Positions 38,748 to 48,577 of a stretch of 64,000 nt of DNA are shown here, piece by piece. The translations under genes and the position numbers were made by a program. The stretch's first letter is position 1. Every line of letters begins with the position of its first letter. The DNA comes from an uncultured Planctomycetia bacterium (GTDB lineage Bacteria > Planctomycetota > Planctomycetia > Isosphaerales > Isosphaeraceae), in contig CAZSSM010000002.1 of the NCBI GenBank assembly GCA_964609385.1, positions 95,270 through 159,269 of the forward strand, in the 5' to 3' direction. Below the pieces are notes generated by a model that saw only the letters and a list, made by a program, of their open reading frames with translations, was not told the DNA's origin and ran no database searches.

Positions 38748-39599
38748 TCAGTCGGGTTGGTCGGCGCGATCCGTCCTTCCAGAGAGTTCGACGTAGGCGA
38801 GGACAACGATCAGGCCACAGAGGGTGATACAGAGGTCGAGGCTGACCTGGATGCCGAGGAAGCCGAGGATCTGATCGGCGCGGGGTCGCGGCTCGAAGAG
38901 CCGTTGATAGATCCCATAGCAGACGGTGGCGGCGACGGCTTGGAGCCCGGCCAGGCAGAACCAGGTCAGGACCAGGGATCCCCGACGCGATCGGCTCAGT
39001 TCCCGGCTCCGACGGAGCGAGTCCCAACGCGATCGGCCGTCGTCTGATTCCAGGACGAGGATCGGGTCGACGAGGACGAACTGGGCGGCCAGCAGGCAGC
39101 CGGGCACGATCAACAAGGTCAGGCCGCCGAGGGTCAGGCCGATCGTCACGCAACGCATCACCAAGAGCGACCACCAGTGGGCCGGCCCGGCCAACAACGC
39201 ATCGCTGATGCTGACCGGTTGGCCGTGGACCATCGGCTCGCCGGCCCGATAGACCATCGCCAGGTGCAGCATCGTGATCGCGAAGAGCAGGATCAATCCC
39301 AGGGGGACCGTCGATTCCTCGGGGATCCAACCGCTTCGGATGATCAGGAAGGCCAGCAGCTTCAAGGGCACCGACGCGCAGAGGATTAATCCGATCACGA
39401 CCGGGAAGTGCTCCCCCATCAACCTCAGGGCGTCGACCAGTTTGGTCAGCAACGAGGTCGACGGGCGGATCCGCTTGGCCGGGGGCTCCTCTTCGGTCGG
39501 CTCGATCCAGGGATCGGGATGTGGGTCAGGCCCGAGGTCCGAGGCCGGCGCCGCGTAGGGATTCGGGGTCGGCCGTCGACTCCGGGGACCGCGATCCAT
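38748..39599 (-). CDS. Hypothetical polytopic membrane protein
   Basis: Pro-rich cytoplasmic N-terminus followed by five or six hydrophobic helices (VVIGLILCASVPLKLLAFLII, LGLILLFAITMLHLAMVY, LLVMRCVTIGLTLGGLTLLIVPG...). Start set at MDRGP (39599). No family motif. Confidence 0.4.
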   Translation of the reverse strand: MDRGPRSRRPTPNPYAAPASDLGPDPHPDPWIEPTEEEPPAKRIRPSTSLLTKLVDALRLMGEHFPVVIGLILCASVPLKLLAFLIIRSGWIPEESTVPLGLILLFAITMLHLAMVYRAGEPMVHGQPVSISDALLAGPAHWWSLLVMRCVTIGLTLGGLTLLIVPGCLLAAQFVLVDPILVLESDDGRSRWDSLRRSRELSRSRRGSLVLTWFCLAGLQAVAATVCYGIYQRLFEPRPRADQILGFLGIQVSLDLCITLCGLIVVLAYVELSGRTDRADQPD

Positions 39600-39926
39600 G
39601 GCGGGACCTCCGTTGAGGGCTCGGGTCGAGAGATCGTCCAGGCGATCCTCAGAAGGGATAGGGATCCCGACAAGCAATCAAATCAGGCGATGGGGCGTCG
39701 GCGACCGACCGCATTGATTTCCACGTCACTAGCCTATCGCCGCGATCCCCGTCCCGACACCCAACCCGGCCCGGATCCAACGCTCGTTGAGGGGACTGTC
39801 GTCGAGGCGTCGGCGATTGCGACGGATTTCGGAGAAGACGTCCGATCGATCGGGTCGTCGCGCGGTGCGGATCCGTCGCGCGACCGCGAGGGTTCGGTCG
39901 GACCGGATGGGGGACGAGGACCGACC

Positions 39927-41063
39927 ATGCGACGGATCACCGAACTGGACGCGATGCGCGGGCTGACCGCCCTGGCCATTCTGATCTACCATATGCATCC
40001 GGAATGGTCCGGCACCCTCTCACGCGTCGACCTGTTCCTGGTCCTCTCCGGGTACCTGACGGCGACGGTGGCGATGCGCTCGGTCCGAACCGCCGGGGAC
40101 CTGCCTCGCCACTATCTCCGGCGCGTCCTGCGGATCTGGCCGGCCTACCTCTGTGTCCTGGCGCTCGTCGTCGTCCTGAACCCTTGGATGAGCCGTCCGT
40201 TCCCGCTCGACGGCCTGTTCTCCTACGCGACGATGACGCAGAACGTCTCCGACTACTGGGGGGGCCGTCCTCCCGAATTCTCCGGGTATTTCTTCCACAC
40301 TTGGACGCTCGCCATCATCGAGCATTACTATTTGATGTGGCCGTTGCTTTGGTTGCTGATCGGTTCCCAACATCCGAGGCTCCTCAACGCGGTCCTCATC
40401 GCATTGTTGGCGGCCTCGGTCGCCTCGAGGTCGGCCGGGCTCAGCGGGGTCGTCTTGCTGGGCCGTTGCGATGGCCTGGTCCTCGGGAGTCTATTGGCGA
40501 TCTGGACCGGTGATCGGGAGGCGGTCCGGTCGCGATTGGGGTGGTATCGGGTCGGGTTCGCCGCCTCGGCGTTGGTGGCCGGCCTCGCGATGCTCGGAGC
40601 GATTCCCTTGACCCCCCCGAAGAACGAGCCGGGGCCGATGTCGATGGACGCGTCGTTGGCGATCTCGGCCTCGTCACTCTTGTATTTCGGCCTGCTCGGT
40701 TTGATCGTGACCGCCTCGGGGCATCGATGGCTCGCCCCGCTCCGCCACCCGGGCCTGGTCGCGCTCGGGGCAACCAGCTACGGGATCTATTTGTATCATC
40801 CGTTGGTGATCGTCGCGGCGGGTCGTGGCTGTCGGGCCTTGGGAATCTCGATGTTTCCATGGATCGACCTGATCCAGGTCGCGATCTGTTTGGTCATCGC
40901 AATGGGGTCCTACCATCTGCTCGAGAAACCGCTGCTCCGCCTGAAATCCCGGATCCCCGCGCGACTCGGGGGGCGTTCCCCGGGCGCGACAACCTCGAGT
41001 GAATCGCAACGGCCTGGCTGGCCCGAGGTCGGGATCATCGCCAAGACCGAGCGGGTCGGGTGA
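39927..41063 (+). CDS. Acyltransferase family 3 (OafA/OpgC-like) membrane protein
   Basis: LDAMRGLTALAILIYHM...RIWPAYLCVL...FHTWTLAIIEHYYLMWP is the acyltransferase-3 signature, with about 10 TM helices. The ORF sequence upstream of 39927 is not protein-like. Confidence 0.75.
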   Translation: MRRITELDAMRGLTALAILIYHMHPEWSGTLSRVDLFLVLSGYLTATVAMRSVRTAGDLPRHYLRRVLRIWPAYLCVLALVVVLNPWMSRPFPLDGLFSYATMTQNVSDYWGGRPPEFSGYFFHTWTLAIIEHYYLMWPLLWLLIGSQHPRLLNAVLIALLAASVASRSAGLSGVVLLGRCDGLVLGSLLAIWTGDREAVRSRLGWYRVGFAASALVAGLAMLGAIPLTPPKNEPGPMSMDASLAISASSLLYFGLLGLIVTASGHRWLAPLRHPGLVALGATSYGIYLYHPLVIVAAGRGCRALGISMFPWIDLIQVAICLVIAMGSYHLLEKPLLRLKSRIPARLGGRSPGATTSSESQRPGWPEVGIIAKTERVG

Positions 41064-41187
41064 TCGCGAGGTCGTGTCGGCCTCCCGCCACGGCCGGTAG
41101 AATCGGGGAGGCGATCGCTCCAAGAACCGATCGATCGTCGTTTGAAGCGGACTGACGATTTTGGGGTTCCATGGAAGCGAAGGGCGC

Positions 41188-42087
41188 ATGATGTCGAGTG
41201 ATCCGATCGGATTCGTGGGGCTCGGCCTCATGGGCCAGCCGATGGCGGCCAACGTGTTGCGTGCCGGGTATCGGTTGCGGGTCTACAACCGGACAGCGGC
41301 CCGCGCCGAGCCACTGGTTGCCCGAGGAGCCGAGGTGGTCGATCGGGTCGAGCATGTGGTCGAACCGGGCGGTTTGGTCCTGTCGTGCCTGGCCGACGAT
41401 GCGGCCTTGGAGTCGGTTCTGGGCGTTCCGGCGTTCTTTGAGGCGCTGGGCCCCGACGGGGTCCACGTGTCGATGAGCACGATCGCTCCGGAGACGGCGG
41501 CGTGGTTCGCCGAACGGCACGAGGCTGCGGGCAGCCGTTACGTGGCCGCGCCGATCATGGGCCGGCCCGACGCGGTCGCCGAGGCTCGGCAGTTCTATCT
41601 GGTCTCCGGCCCCGAACCGGCCGTCGCGCGGGCGCAGCCGATCCTCAAGGCGGTCGGGTCACGCCTCTTCCGGTTCGGCGACTCGCCGACGGCCGCGCAC
41701 GTGGCCAAGCTCAGCACCAACTTCCTGATCGCTTCGACCATCGAGGCGATCGGAGAGGCCTACGCCCTCTGCGAGAAGCACGGGGTCGACGTCGAATCGT
41801 TCTATCAGATGTTCTCAGAGACGCTGTTCAATAATCCGATCCACACCAACTATGGGCGTCAGATCGCCGATCGGACCTATCGCGATCCCCTGTTCCGCCT
41901 CCGGTTGGGCCGTAAGGACGTCCGACTCGTCCAAGCGGCGGCGGCCTCGGTGGAGTTGCCGATGCCGATGGCCAGCGTGTTGGTCGATCGTTACACCCAG
42001 GCGGTCGCGGCAGGCCTCGGCGAGTACGATTGGACCGGTGTGACCGAAGTGATCCGCCGGGATGCCGGACTGTCCTACCCTGATTGA
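41188..42087 (+). CDS. NAD(P)-dependent oxidoreductase, 3-hydroxyisobutyrate/6-phosphogluconate dehydrogenase-like family
   Basis: Rossmann motif IGFVGLGLMGQPMAANV. The catalytic-domain block SGPEPAVARAQPILKAVGSRLFRFGDSPTAAHVAKLSTNFL has the HIBADH-type lysine. Confidence 0.8.
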   Translation: MMSSDPIGFVGLGLMGQPMAANVLRAGYRLRVYNRTAARAEPLVARGAEVVDRVEHVVEPGGLVLSCLADDAALESVLGVPAFFEALGPDGVHVSMSTIAPETAAWFAERHEAAGSRYVAAPIMGRPDAVAEARQFYLVSGPEPAVARAQPILKAVGSRLFRFGDSPTAAHVAKLSTNFLIASTIEAIGEAYALCEKHGVDVESFYQMFSETLFNNPIHTNYGRQIADRTYRDPLFRLRLGRKDVRLVQAAAASVELPMPMASVLVDRYTQAVAAGLGEYDWTGVTEVIRRDAGLSYPD

Positions 42088-42092
42088 CCGCG

Positions 42093-43565
42093 TCAATCCG
42101 AGCAGTCGTCGGCCTGGCCCGTCGTTCGCCTTCTTCGGATCCAACGGGTGGTGGCCGCTAATCCCAGGATGGACCAGAGCGCGATGGTGGCCGGCTCGGG
42201 GATCGGCGTGGGGTTCGGACCCAGCTGCTGCGCCATGAGGGTCGCTCCCGATCCCGAGGTCAACCGCTCCCGATCGATCAAGTCCTCGAGCACTTCGACG
42301 GCCTCGTCGCTGAAGGTGATTGTCGGGTCGACCAGGGTTTCCCAGGCGACGGTCCCAGCGTCGAGGTAGGTCCCGGTCTGATCGGGATGGGCCCCCAATC
42401 CGAAGCTGTGCATCAGTTCATGGGCGACGTTATGCCCGACGGCCAATGCGAGTTCGTCTTGGGTCTGAGCGAAGTCGAACTGGTCGACATAGGTGAATCC
42501 TTCGCCACCGACGATCGCCATGCCGATCGCGCTGGGGACTTCGTCGTGGATCGTCCCCGAGACGAGGCTGATGGTGTGGTCCGTGCTGACGGAAGGATCG
42601 TCGGTGACTTGAATGTCGAGTCCGCTGCGCTGATAGACGTCTTCGACGTGCTGGAGGACCGACTGCGTGAAAGAGGCTTGCTCTTGAGCGGTGGGAGCCC
42701 CATCGAAGATCTGATCGACGACGGGGCTCCGGGTCCAGGAGCGGGCCGAGCCGTCGGTCAAGATTGCCTGGGCGGGAAACGGACCGTCGTCGAAGCGGAC
42801 GACTGCATCGGTCTGCAAGGGGCGTCCCGCATCCCCTAGCCGACCTGCCGGAACCGGTGAGCCGGGGGTGGGCGATGAGACCGCGACATCGGGGTTGTTG
42901 CGGTCACGCACTGGAGCGTTCGGCCTCGCTCGCGAGGGCGAGTTTGCCGGACTCGCCACGACTTCGGCAACGTCGACGATCGGGTCATTGGCAGCCAACC
43001 GGGCGTTGGGGGGAGGTGACGACCCCCTTCTCGCGGCGAGTTCGGCGCGCGGATCGATGATCACAAACCGCATGCCGGGAGGTTGACGATCCGTTGGTGT
43101 TGCCAAACTCCTGGATGCTGTCGAGGAGGTGTCTGATGGAGGGAGTGATTGATTCGTCGTCGAAGGGATCGGAGGACTTGGAGGAGGAGGCGGAGCATTC
43201 GTCGGTGTCGGTGTTTGTGCGGGTGGGCGAGACTCTGACCCTGGCAGCAGTTCGACGACGGTCAGCCGTGCGTTGGCCCCGTTCGTGTCGGGTCCGAACG
43301 TTTGAGGTTTTGGGTTCGGGGGTTCGGGACGTTTCGGGGTGAGTCGGGGTCCGCCCGGCCTGGCCCCCCAAGTATTCCAGGTCCAGCCCGAGGGAGACCT
43401 CGAGCCGGAGAGCGTCGGGATCGAAGAGCCCGAACCCACCGTGGGCGCACCAATCAGCGAGAGTGTCAGGATCGTCACCAGCAAGCCCCCGAGGAGGCGT
43501 GTCTTCCGTGTCGCGTGGGGGCGAGACGGCCGGGTTTGTGCGAAGACACCGGGATCGGTGACCAT
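42093..43565 (-). CDS. PEP-CTERM-anchored secreted protein with HExxH zinc-metallopeptidase-like motif
   Basis: N-terminal signal/TM, a Pro-rich linker, then a C-terminal domain with VGHNVAHELMHSFGLGAHPD (HExxH). PEP-CTERM PIPEPATIALWSILGLAATTRWIRRRR follows. Confidence 0.6.
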   Translation of the reverse strand: MVTDPGVFAQTRPSRPHATRKTRLLGGLLVTILTLSLIGAPTVGSGSSIPTLSGSRSPSGWTWNTWGARPGGPRLTPKRPEPPNPKPQTFGPDTNGANARLTVVELLPGSESRPPAQTPTPTNAPPPPPSPPIPSTTNQSLPPSDTSSTASRSLATPTDRQPPGMRFVIIDPRAELAARRGSSPPPNARLAANDPIVDVAEVVASPANSPSRARPNAPVRDRNNPDVAVSSPTPGSPVPAGRLGDAGRPLQTDAVVRFDDGPFPAQAILTDGSARSWTRSPVVDQIFDGAPTAQEQASFTQSVLQHVEDVYQRSGLDIQVTDDPSVSTDHTISLVSGTIHDEVPSAIGMAIVGGEGFTYVDQFDFAQTQDELALAVGHNVAHELMHSFGLGAHPDQTGTYLDAGTVAWETLVDPTITFSDEAVEVLEDLIDRERLTSGSGATLMAQQLGPNPTPIPEPATIALWSILGLAATTRWIRRRRTTGQADDCSD

Positions 43566-44105
43566 CTTCGACCTCCCTGTCGGGGCTCAGAAAAGCGCCG
43601 TCGGTCCGTGACGGCTATGTGGAGTTTCGGGTCTGGAGCGATGGTAGCTTTCGTGCCAATCGGGAAAAGCGTGAGGCTGGTTCGCCCCGGCGCGGAGGCC
43701 CGATGAGGGCGCCAATCGCCCTAACCCCCGTCGCGGTCGAAGACTCCGAAGATTCCGAGAGGGACTCGAGGACGGGAACGTCTCACGAGGAAGACGCCGA
43801 GTTGGACCGGGTTCTACAACCCTTCGGAAAAGGCTGCAACCTAGATCGCGTGAGGGATCTGCGACATCGGAAGCCCTGGCCTGGCCCGAGGTTTTGTTTG
43901 CACGACCGGGTGGCGGGTCCTATAATCCATACCCGGATCTGTCGACTCACGTCTCGCTAGACCTATCAAGGGTCTGTTTGATGTTAAAAGCGCGGTTGGG
44001 TTCCGAGTTCAGGGACCCGCGTTAGGACGATCCGGATCGTGCCCGGCCGAGTGGCCCGAGGCCGATTGCCTCCCCGATTCACACCCCTGATGGAGACCGT
44101 TTCGG

Positions 44106-44327
44106 ATGAACAAGCTGATCTCACTGCTCGCCACGCTGGCCCTGCTCTTCTTCGTCACCGGCTGCCCCGCCCCAGAGGAAGGTGGCGAAGCCGGTACGCC
44201 TGAGACCACCACGGAAGGCGATGCGATGGAAGGCGATGCGATGGAAGGCGATGCGATGGAAGGCGACGCGATGGAAGGTGACGCGATGGAAGGTGACGAG
44301 CCGCCCGTCGAAGGTCCCGGCAATTGA
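44106..44327 (+). CDS. Small acidic lipoprotein with (EGDAM)x5 tandem repeat
   Basis: MNKLISLLATLALLFFVTGC has a lipobox. The Glu/Gly-rich mature part contains EGDAMEGDAMEGDAMEGDAMEGDAMEGDE. Confidence 0.5.
   Translation: MNKLISLLATLALLFFVTGCPAPEEGGEAGTPETTTEGDAMEGDAMEGDAMEGDAMEGDAMEGDEPPVEGPGN
44213..44296 (+). repeat. 15-bp tandem repeat GGAAGGCGATGCGAT x5.6 inside the small lipoprotein gene
   Basis: The unit is repeated head-to-tail with two point variants (GAC, GGT) in the distal copies. Potential VNTR. Confidence 0.7.
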
Positions 44328-44662
44328 GATCGGACCGTTAATCGGGATTGGGTCGTCAGAACCGGCCCAGTCCTGACAATCGTCCAGCCCATCCAGGCAG
44401 CGATCGTCCACGCGCCCATTCTCACGAGGTCGATGTCGCATAATCGTTCGATGCGACGTCGGCCTCGTTTGCGTTTCCCGAGGAGAGGTCTCAAACTTGC
44501 CTCACGTGGAGATGGGTTGCGAGCCTGTTTCCCGACGCGACCGACCTCCCCATGTCGAATGCCGATCGAATCGCTCCGGCACCAGAGGGGATGAGGCATA
44601 TCGTATCGTCGGGTGACAGGCGTGACGTGGACCAAGGGATGCCGAGGGTGGAGACTTGTTGA

Positions 44663-45625
44663 ATGAATCGCCGTCTCGGGGTGCGAGTCCTGGCCTGGAT
44701 GATGCTGATCGGCTTGACGACCTGGATGCTCGGCGCCGAGGACGAGCATGACGAGGCTTTAGAGGGCGTCAGGGTCACCCGGGGGCTGGTCTACCGGACC
44801 GTCGAGGGGCGATCGCTCCGTCTCGATCTGTACCAGCCCGAGACGCCCGGTCCGGAGACGGGCCGTCCGCTCGTCTTGGCCGTGCATGGTGGTGGCTGGC
44901 AGGGTGGGAGTCGTCGCGAGATCGGTCGGCACGTTGCCGCGCTGGCCCAACACGGATACCTGGTCGCGGCCGTCGATTATCGCCTGGCCCGTCGCGGACG
45001 AGCGGCCTGGCCGGGGAACCTCGAAGACCTCTGGATCGCCTTGGCCTGGCTGGTCGACCACGCTGAGCAGTTCGAGATCGATCGCGATCGGCTGGTCGTG
45101 CTGGGTGCGTCGGCCGGTGGTCACCTGGCAACATTGATGGGGACGCACCCCGAGCCGATGGCCGATCGGTCCGATCTCGCCGCGCCACGACCCCGGATCG
45201 CCTCGGTGATCGCGTTCTATCCGCCGACCGATCTGCCCGCGCTCCGAGATGGCCCCCACGCCGAAGACGTGGCCCCGGCCCTCCAAGGGCTCACCGGTGC
45301 ACGGGATGCCGAAGGCTTGGACGCGCAGACCGATTTGCTGGTCTCCGCCTCACCGCAGACCCACGTCGGTCCCGAGGACCCCCCGATGCTCCTGATCCAT
45401 GGCGGACGCGATCCGTTGGTGCCCGTGGCACAATCGCGTCGGTTCGCCGAGGCGCTCAACGACGCGGGGGGATCCTGCCAGCTCTGGGTCCTCGATGAGG
45501 CCGGGCACGGCTTCATGTTTCACACGCCCCAGCGTGCCCTGCTCGGGGAGATCCTGGCGTTCCTGGATCAGACCTTGGCCCACACACCACCCCGTTCGGA
45601 GCCGAATCCAGCGCCTCGAACGTGA
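44663..45625 (+). CDS. Alpha/beta hydrolase (esterase/lipase, HGGG-type)
   Basis: Signal-anchor. LVLAVHGGGWQGG oxyanion motif, GASAGGHLA nucleophile elbow (GxSxG), C-terminal LLIHGGRDPLVPV and H in EAGHGF. Confidence 0.75.
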   Translation: MNRRLGVRVLAWMMLIGLTTWMLGAEDEHDEALEGVRVTRGLVYRTVEGRSLRLDLYQPETPGPETGRPLVLAVHGGGWQGGSRREIGRHVAALAQHGYLVAAVDYRLARRGRAAWPGNLEDLWIALAWLVDHAEQFEIDRDRLVVLGASAGGHLATLMGTHPEPMADRSDLAAPRPRIASVIAFYPPTDLPALRDGPHAEDVAPALQGLTGARDAEGLDAQTDLLVSASPQTHVGPEDPPMLLIHGGRDPLVPVAQSRRFAEALNDAGGSCQLWVLDEAGHGFMFHTPQRALLGEILAFLDQTLAHTPPRSEPNPAPRT

Positions 45626-45930
45626 AGGCGTCAGTCGAACGCTGCCTCGGCTGTCCTTTCGGGGTATTTTTGTTTCGTAGGACAGAAGCGATCCGTTAAG
45701 CTCCAAGGATCCCGGATCGACGCCTCTCCTCCCCAGTTTCTCGTTTCCGTCGGTCCGATTGCTGGGCTGAGATGGTTCGTCGCAGTGAGCCCGATTACCG
45801 GTCGCAGGTCGGCCGGGCATATCATTTCATTGTCTCGAGCCGATCCGCCGTGCTAGGGGCTGGCTGCTCGCGGACCACCCCCGTTTTCCGACTGTGGCCG
45901 TCGCCCCGACCTGGGCAAGGGTGATCCCCG

Positions 45931-47259
45931 ATGTCGAGTGCCGAGATCGACCTCCGCGAAGTTCCCCTCTTGGCCAACGATCCGGAGTCGCTGCGTGGCG
46001 ACTGGGACCGCGTGGTCGCCAACGCCAATAACATGGCCCACCATCACGGCCAGGACAGTCCCAATGGGTCCGCGCCGGGCCGATCCACCCCCGAACCTTG
46101 GAGCGAGGCGACCGCACCGACCGATGCGATGCGCGATCAGCGTGAGGCGCGTCGCGCCGAGATCGATCGCAAGCATGCCCGGTTGGTCGAGTTTCTCGAG
46201 ACGCGAGGTCTGGAAGGCTTGGTCCTCTGCCGGGGCGATTCACTGGCCTGGTTCACCGCCGGTGGAGACCTCAGCGGTGACCTCGGCCAGGAACTCGGTG
46301 CGGCGGCCATCTATGTGACGCCCCGTGCCAGGGCGTTGATCTGTGACAACGTCCAGGGGCCTCGGCTCTTCGATACCGAATTGGATGGCTTGGGCTTCCA
46401 ACTGAAGGAACGGCCTTGGCACGAGGAGCCGTTGCGGGTGCTCGACGAGTTGACCCGGGGCCGTCGGGTCGCCGGTGACCAGTCGCTGTTGGGTTGGACG
46501 AACTTGCGCGGGCCGCTGATCCGGCTCCGCTTGTGCTTGGAGCCCGAGGAGCAAGCGCGGATCCGTCAACTGGGCCGGGATCTGACGACCAGCGTGGAGG
46601 AGGTGGCGCGTCGGGTCACACCCGGCTTGCGTGAGCATGAGATCGCTGGAATGATCGCCGCGTCGCTCTATGCCCTGGGGATCACGCCGATCGCCCTGCA
46701 CGTGGCCGTCGACGGTCGTATTGCCCGCCATCGTCACGCCAAACTAAGTGATGCGACGCTGGCCGATTCGGCCACGTTGAGCGTCTCAGGACGTCGCGAT
46801 GGGCTCCACGCCTCGGTGAGCCGGACCATCCACTTCGGACCGATCGATCCGACCCTCCGGGCCGCGCACGCCCTCTCGGCCATGATTGAGGCGACCGACC
46901 TGTTCTTCGCGCGGGACTCCGAATCGATCGCCGAGGTTTTCCGACGGGCGCGGCGGATCTTCGAGAAGTATCAGGCTCCCCATGAATGGCATCTGTCGTA
47001 CCAGGGCTTCCTCACGGGATACGCCCCCCGCGAACTGTTGCTGACGCCACAGACAAACCTGACCCTTGAGGCTGGGATGATCCTGACTTGGTGTCCCTCG
47101 GTCGGGCCGGGTCTGTGTCAGAGCACGATGCTGGTCGGTGCGGAGAGGCCTGAGGTGCTCACGCAGCATGCCCCGAACGCGCCCCATTGGCCCGAGTTGG
47201 AGATTCAGATCAAAGGGGAAACCCTCAAGAGGCCGGCGATCCTGGAACGTCCTCGCTGA
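45931..47259 (+). CDS. M24-like (creatinase/prolidase 'pita-bread' fold) protein, metal ligands apparently degenerate
   Basis: N-terminal creatinase_N-like segment (LVEFLETRGLEGLVLCRGDSLAWFTAG). C-terminal domain aligns with the M24 fold, but the usual H..E..E metal ligands are largely replaced (GMILTWCPSV...CQSTMLVGAERPEVLTQ). Confidence 0.5.
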   Translation: MSSAEIDLREVPLLANDPESLRGDWDRVVANANNMAHHHGQDSPNGSAPGRSTPEPWSEATAPTDAMRDQREARRAEIDRKHARLVEFLETRGLEGLVLCRGDSLAWFTAGGDLSGDLGQELGAAAIYVTPRARALICDNVQGPRLFDTELDGLGFQLKERPWHEEPLRVLDELTRGRRVAGDQSLLGWTNLRGPLIRLRLCLEPEEQARIRQLGRDLTTSVEEVARRVTPGLREHEIAGMIAASLYALGITPIALHVAVDGRIARHRHAKLSDATLADSATLSVSGRRDGLHASVSRTIHFGPIDPTLRAAHALSAMIEATDLFFARDSESIAEVFRRARRIFEKYQAPHEWHLSYQGFLTGYAPRELLLTPQTNLTLEAGMILTWCPSVGPGLCQSTMLVGAERPEVLTQHAPNAPHWPELEIQIKGETLKRPAILERPR

Positions 47260-47496
47260 GATTCGCTTTGTGAGATCGCCTCGGTTTGTCGCGTCGAGTG
47301 ATAGGCTTTCGGTGTCGAAGCCCCAACCGCCATGGTCGGTTTTTTGGCGGGGATCGTTCGTTTTTTTGATCCGACGATGTCCTGGCAAAATCCATCGAAT
47401 ACGATGAAGGATAGACATCGATCGGACAATTCCGGGATCAAGGGAAGGCGGTACGTTTCCCGCAGTGACCCGGAGAGGGTGTGGAGGCTCCTGAGC

Positions 47497-48342
47497 ATGA
47501 TGGATATGGATGGAATACGCTTGGGCCGTTTCTTCGGCGTGGATCTGCATATCCATGCATCGATCGTCTTGGGGCTCGCCCTGATCGCGCTGCTGGGCCC
47601 GTTGGGGCTGCTCTGGACCGTCCTGGTCCTGTTTGGCTGCGTGGTCTTGCACGAATACGGGCATGCGTTGATGGCGCGGGTGTATCGGATCAAGACGCGT
47701 CGGATCACGCTCTACCCCTTGGCAGGCGTGGCGGAGCTGGAGCGTGAGACTCGGGCGCCGGGGGCCGAACTGTTGATCGCCGGGGCGGGTCCCGGGGTGA
47801 ACCTGGCCGCCGCGGCGTTCTTGGCGCTGACGGGCCTGTTTTGGTCGTTGGTCGGCTTGGGCGAGGCGATTGGGGTCGTGGTCCAGATGAATTTGGTGCT
47901 CGGATTGTTCAACCTGTTGCCGATCTTCCCGATGGACGGTGGTCGGATCGCGAGGGCATTGCTCCAGATCCGCTGGTCCAAGCCGGTCGCGACCCTGGCG
48001 ACGGTCCGGGGCGGTCAGGCCCTAGCGGCGATCCTGTCGTTGGCCAGCTTCGGGGTCTTTGGCCTGGGGACTGGTCTGATCTACTTGGTGATGGCTGGGT
48101 TCTTCATCTGGGCCTCGGAACAGGAGTTGGCCCGCGTGCAGGCCATCGAATCGACTCCGATGGGGCGATTCGTTCGAGCCTCGGGCTGGTTGAGCCGTCG
48201 GCTCGGTATGGTGAGCCCGTGGCCCTGGAGCGGACCAAGGTTTCGACGACGCTTGGCGCCGTTGTTTGTCGAGCTGCGGGCCCGCCCCATCGCGCCGGGG
48301 CGCGCTTGGTGGCGTCGCGGCGTCAACCATCGAGACGGCTGA
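47497..48342 (+). CDS. Site-2 protease family (M50) intramembrane zinc metalloprotease, SpoIVFB-like short form
   Basis: HEYGHALMA (HExxH) in TM helix. NLLPIFPMDGGRI (LDG motif). Six TM helices and no PDZ domain. Start at MMDMDG (47497). Confidence 0.75.
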   Translation: MMDMDGIRLGRFFGVDLHIHASIVLGLALIALLGPLGLLWTVLVLFGCVVLHEYGHALMARVYRIKTRRITLYPLAGVAELERETRAPGAELLIAGAGPGVNLAAAAFLALTGLFWSLVGLGEAIGVVVQMNLVLGLFNLLPIFPMDGGRIARALLQIRWSKPVATLATVRGGQALAAILSLASFGVFGLGTGLIYLVMAGFFIWASEQELARVQAIESTPMGRFVRASGWLSRRLGMVSPWPWSGPRFRRRLAPLFVELRARPIAPGRAWWRRGVNHRDG

Positions 48343-48577
48343 GTTAGGGGCTTGCGGAGTGCCGATCGTCGCGATCGAGCCCGTTCGGGTCGGGTGTCGG
48401 CCACGCATGTCACTTGACGGAGCCGTTGCCATCTTCTAGATTGCAGCTCCGATTTTGGTTAGAGTGGGGACGGTGCGCTTGTGTGTGCGACGCCCCACGC
48501 CGGCTGTCCCCGGTCGGACAGCCCCGGCCCCCCGTCACCTCTGACCCGGCCGGCGCCTTCCTGGCGTCTACTCGATC

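Noticed and set aside
43619-43960. 113-aa ORF between the PEP-CTERM protease gene and the small lipoprotein gene
   Set aside because: Arg/Asp-rich, no features, and it lies in a divergent promoter region. Probably non-coding.
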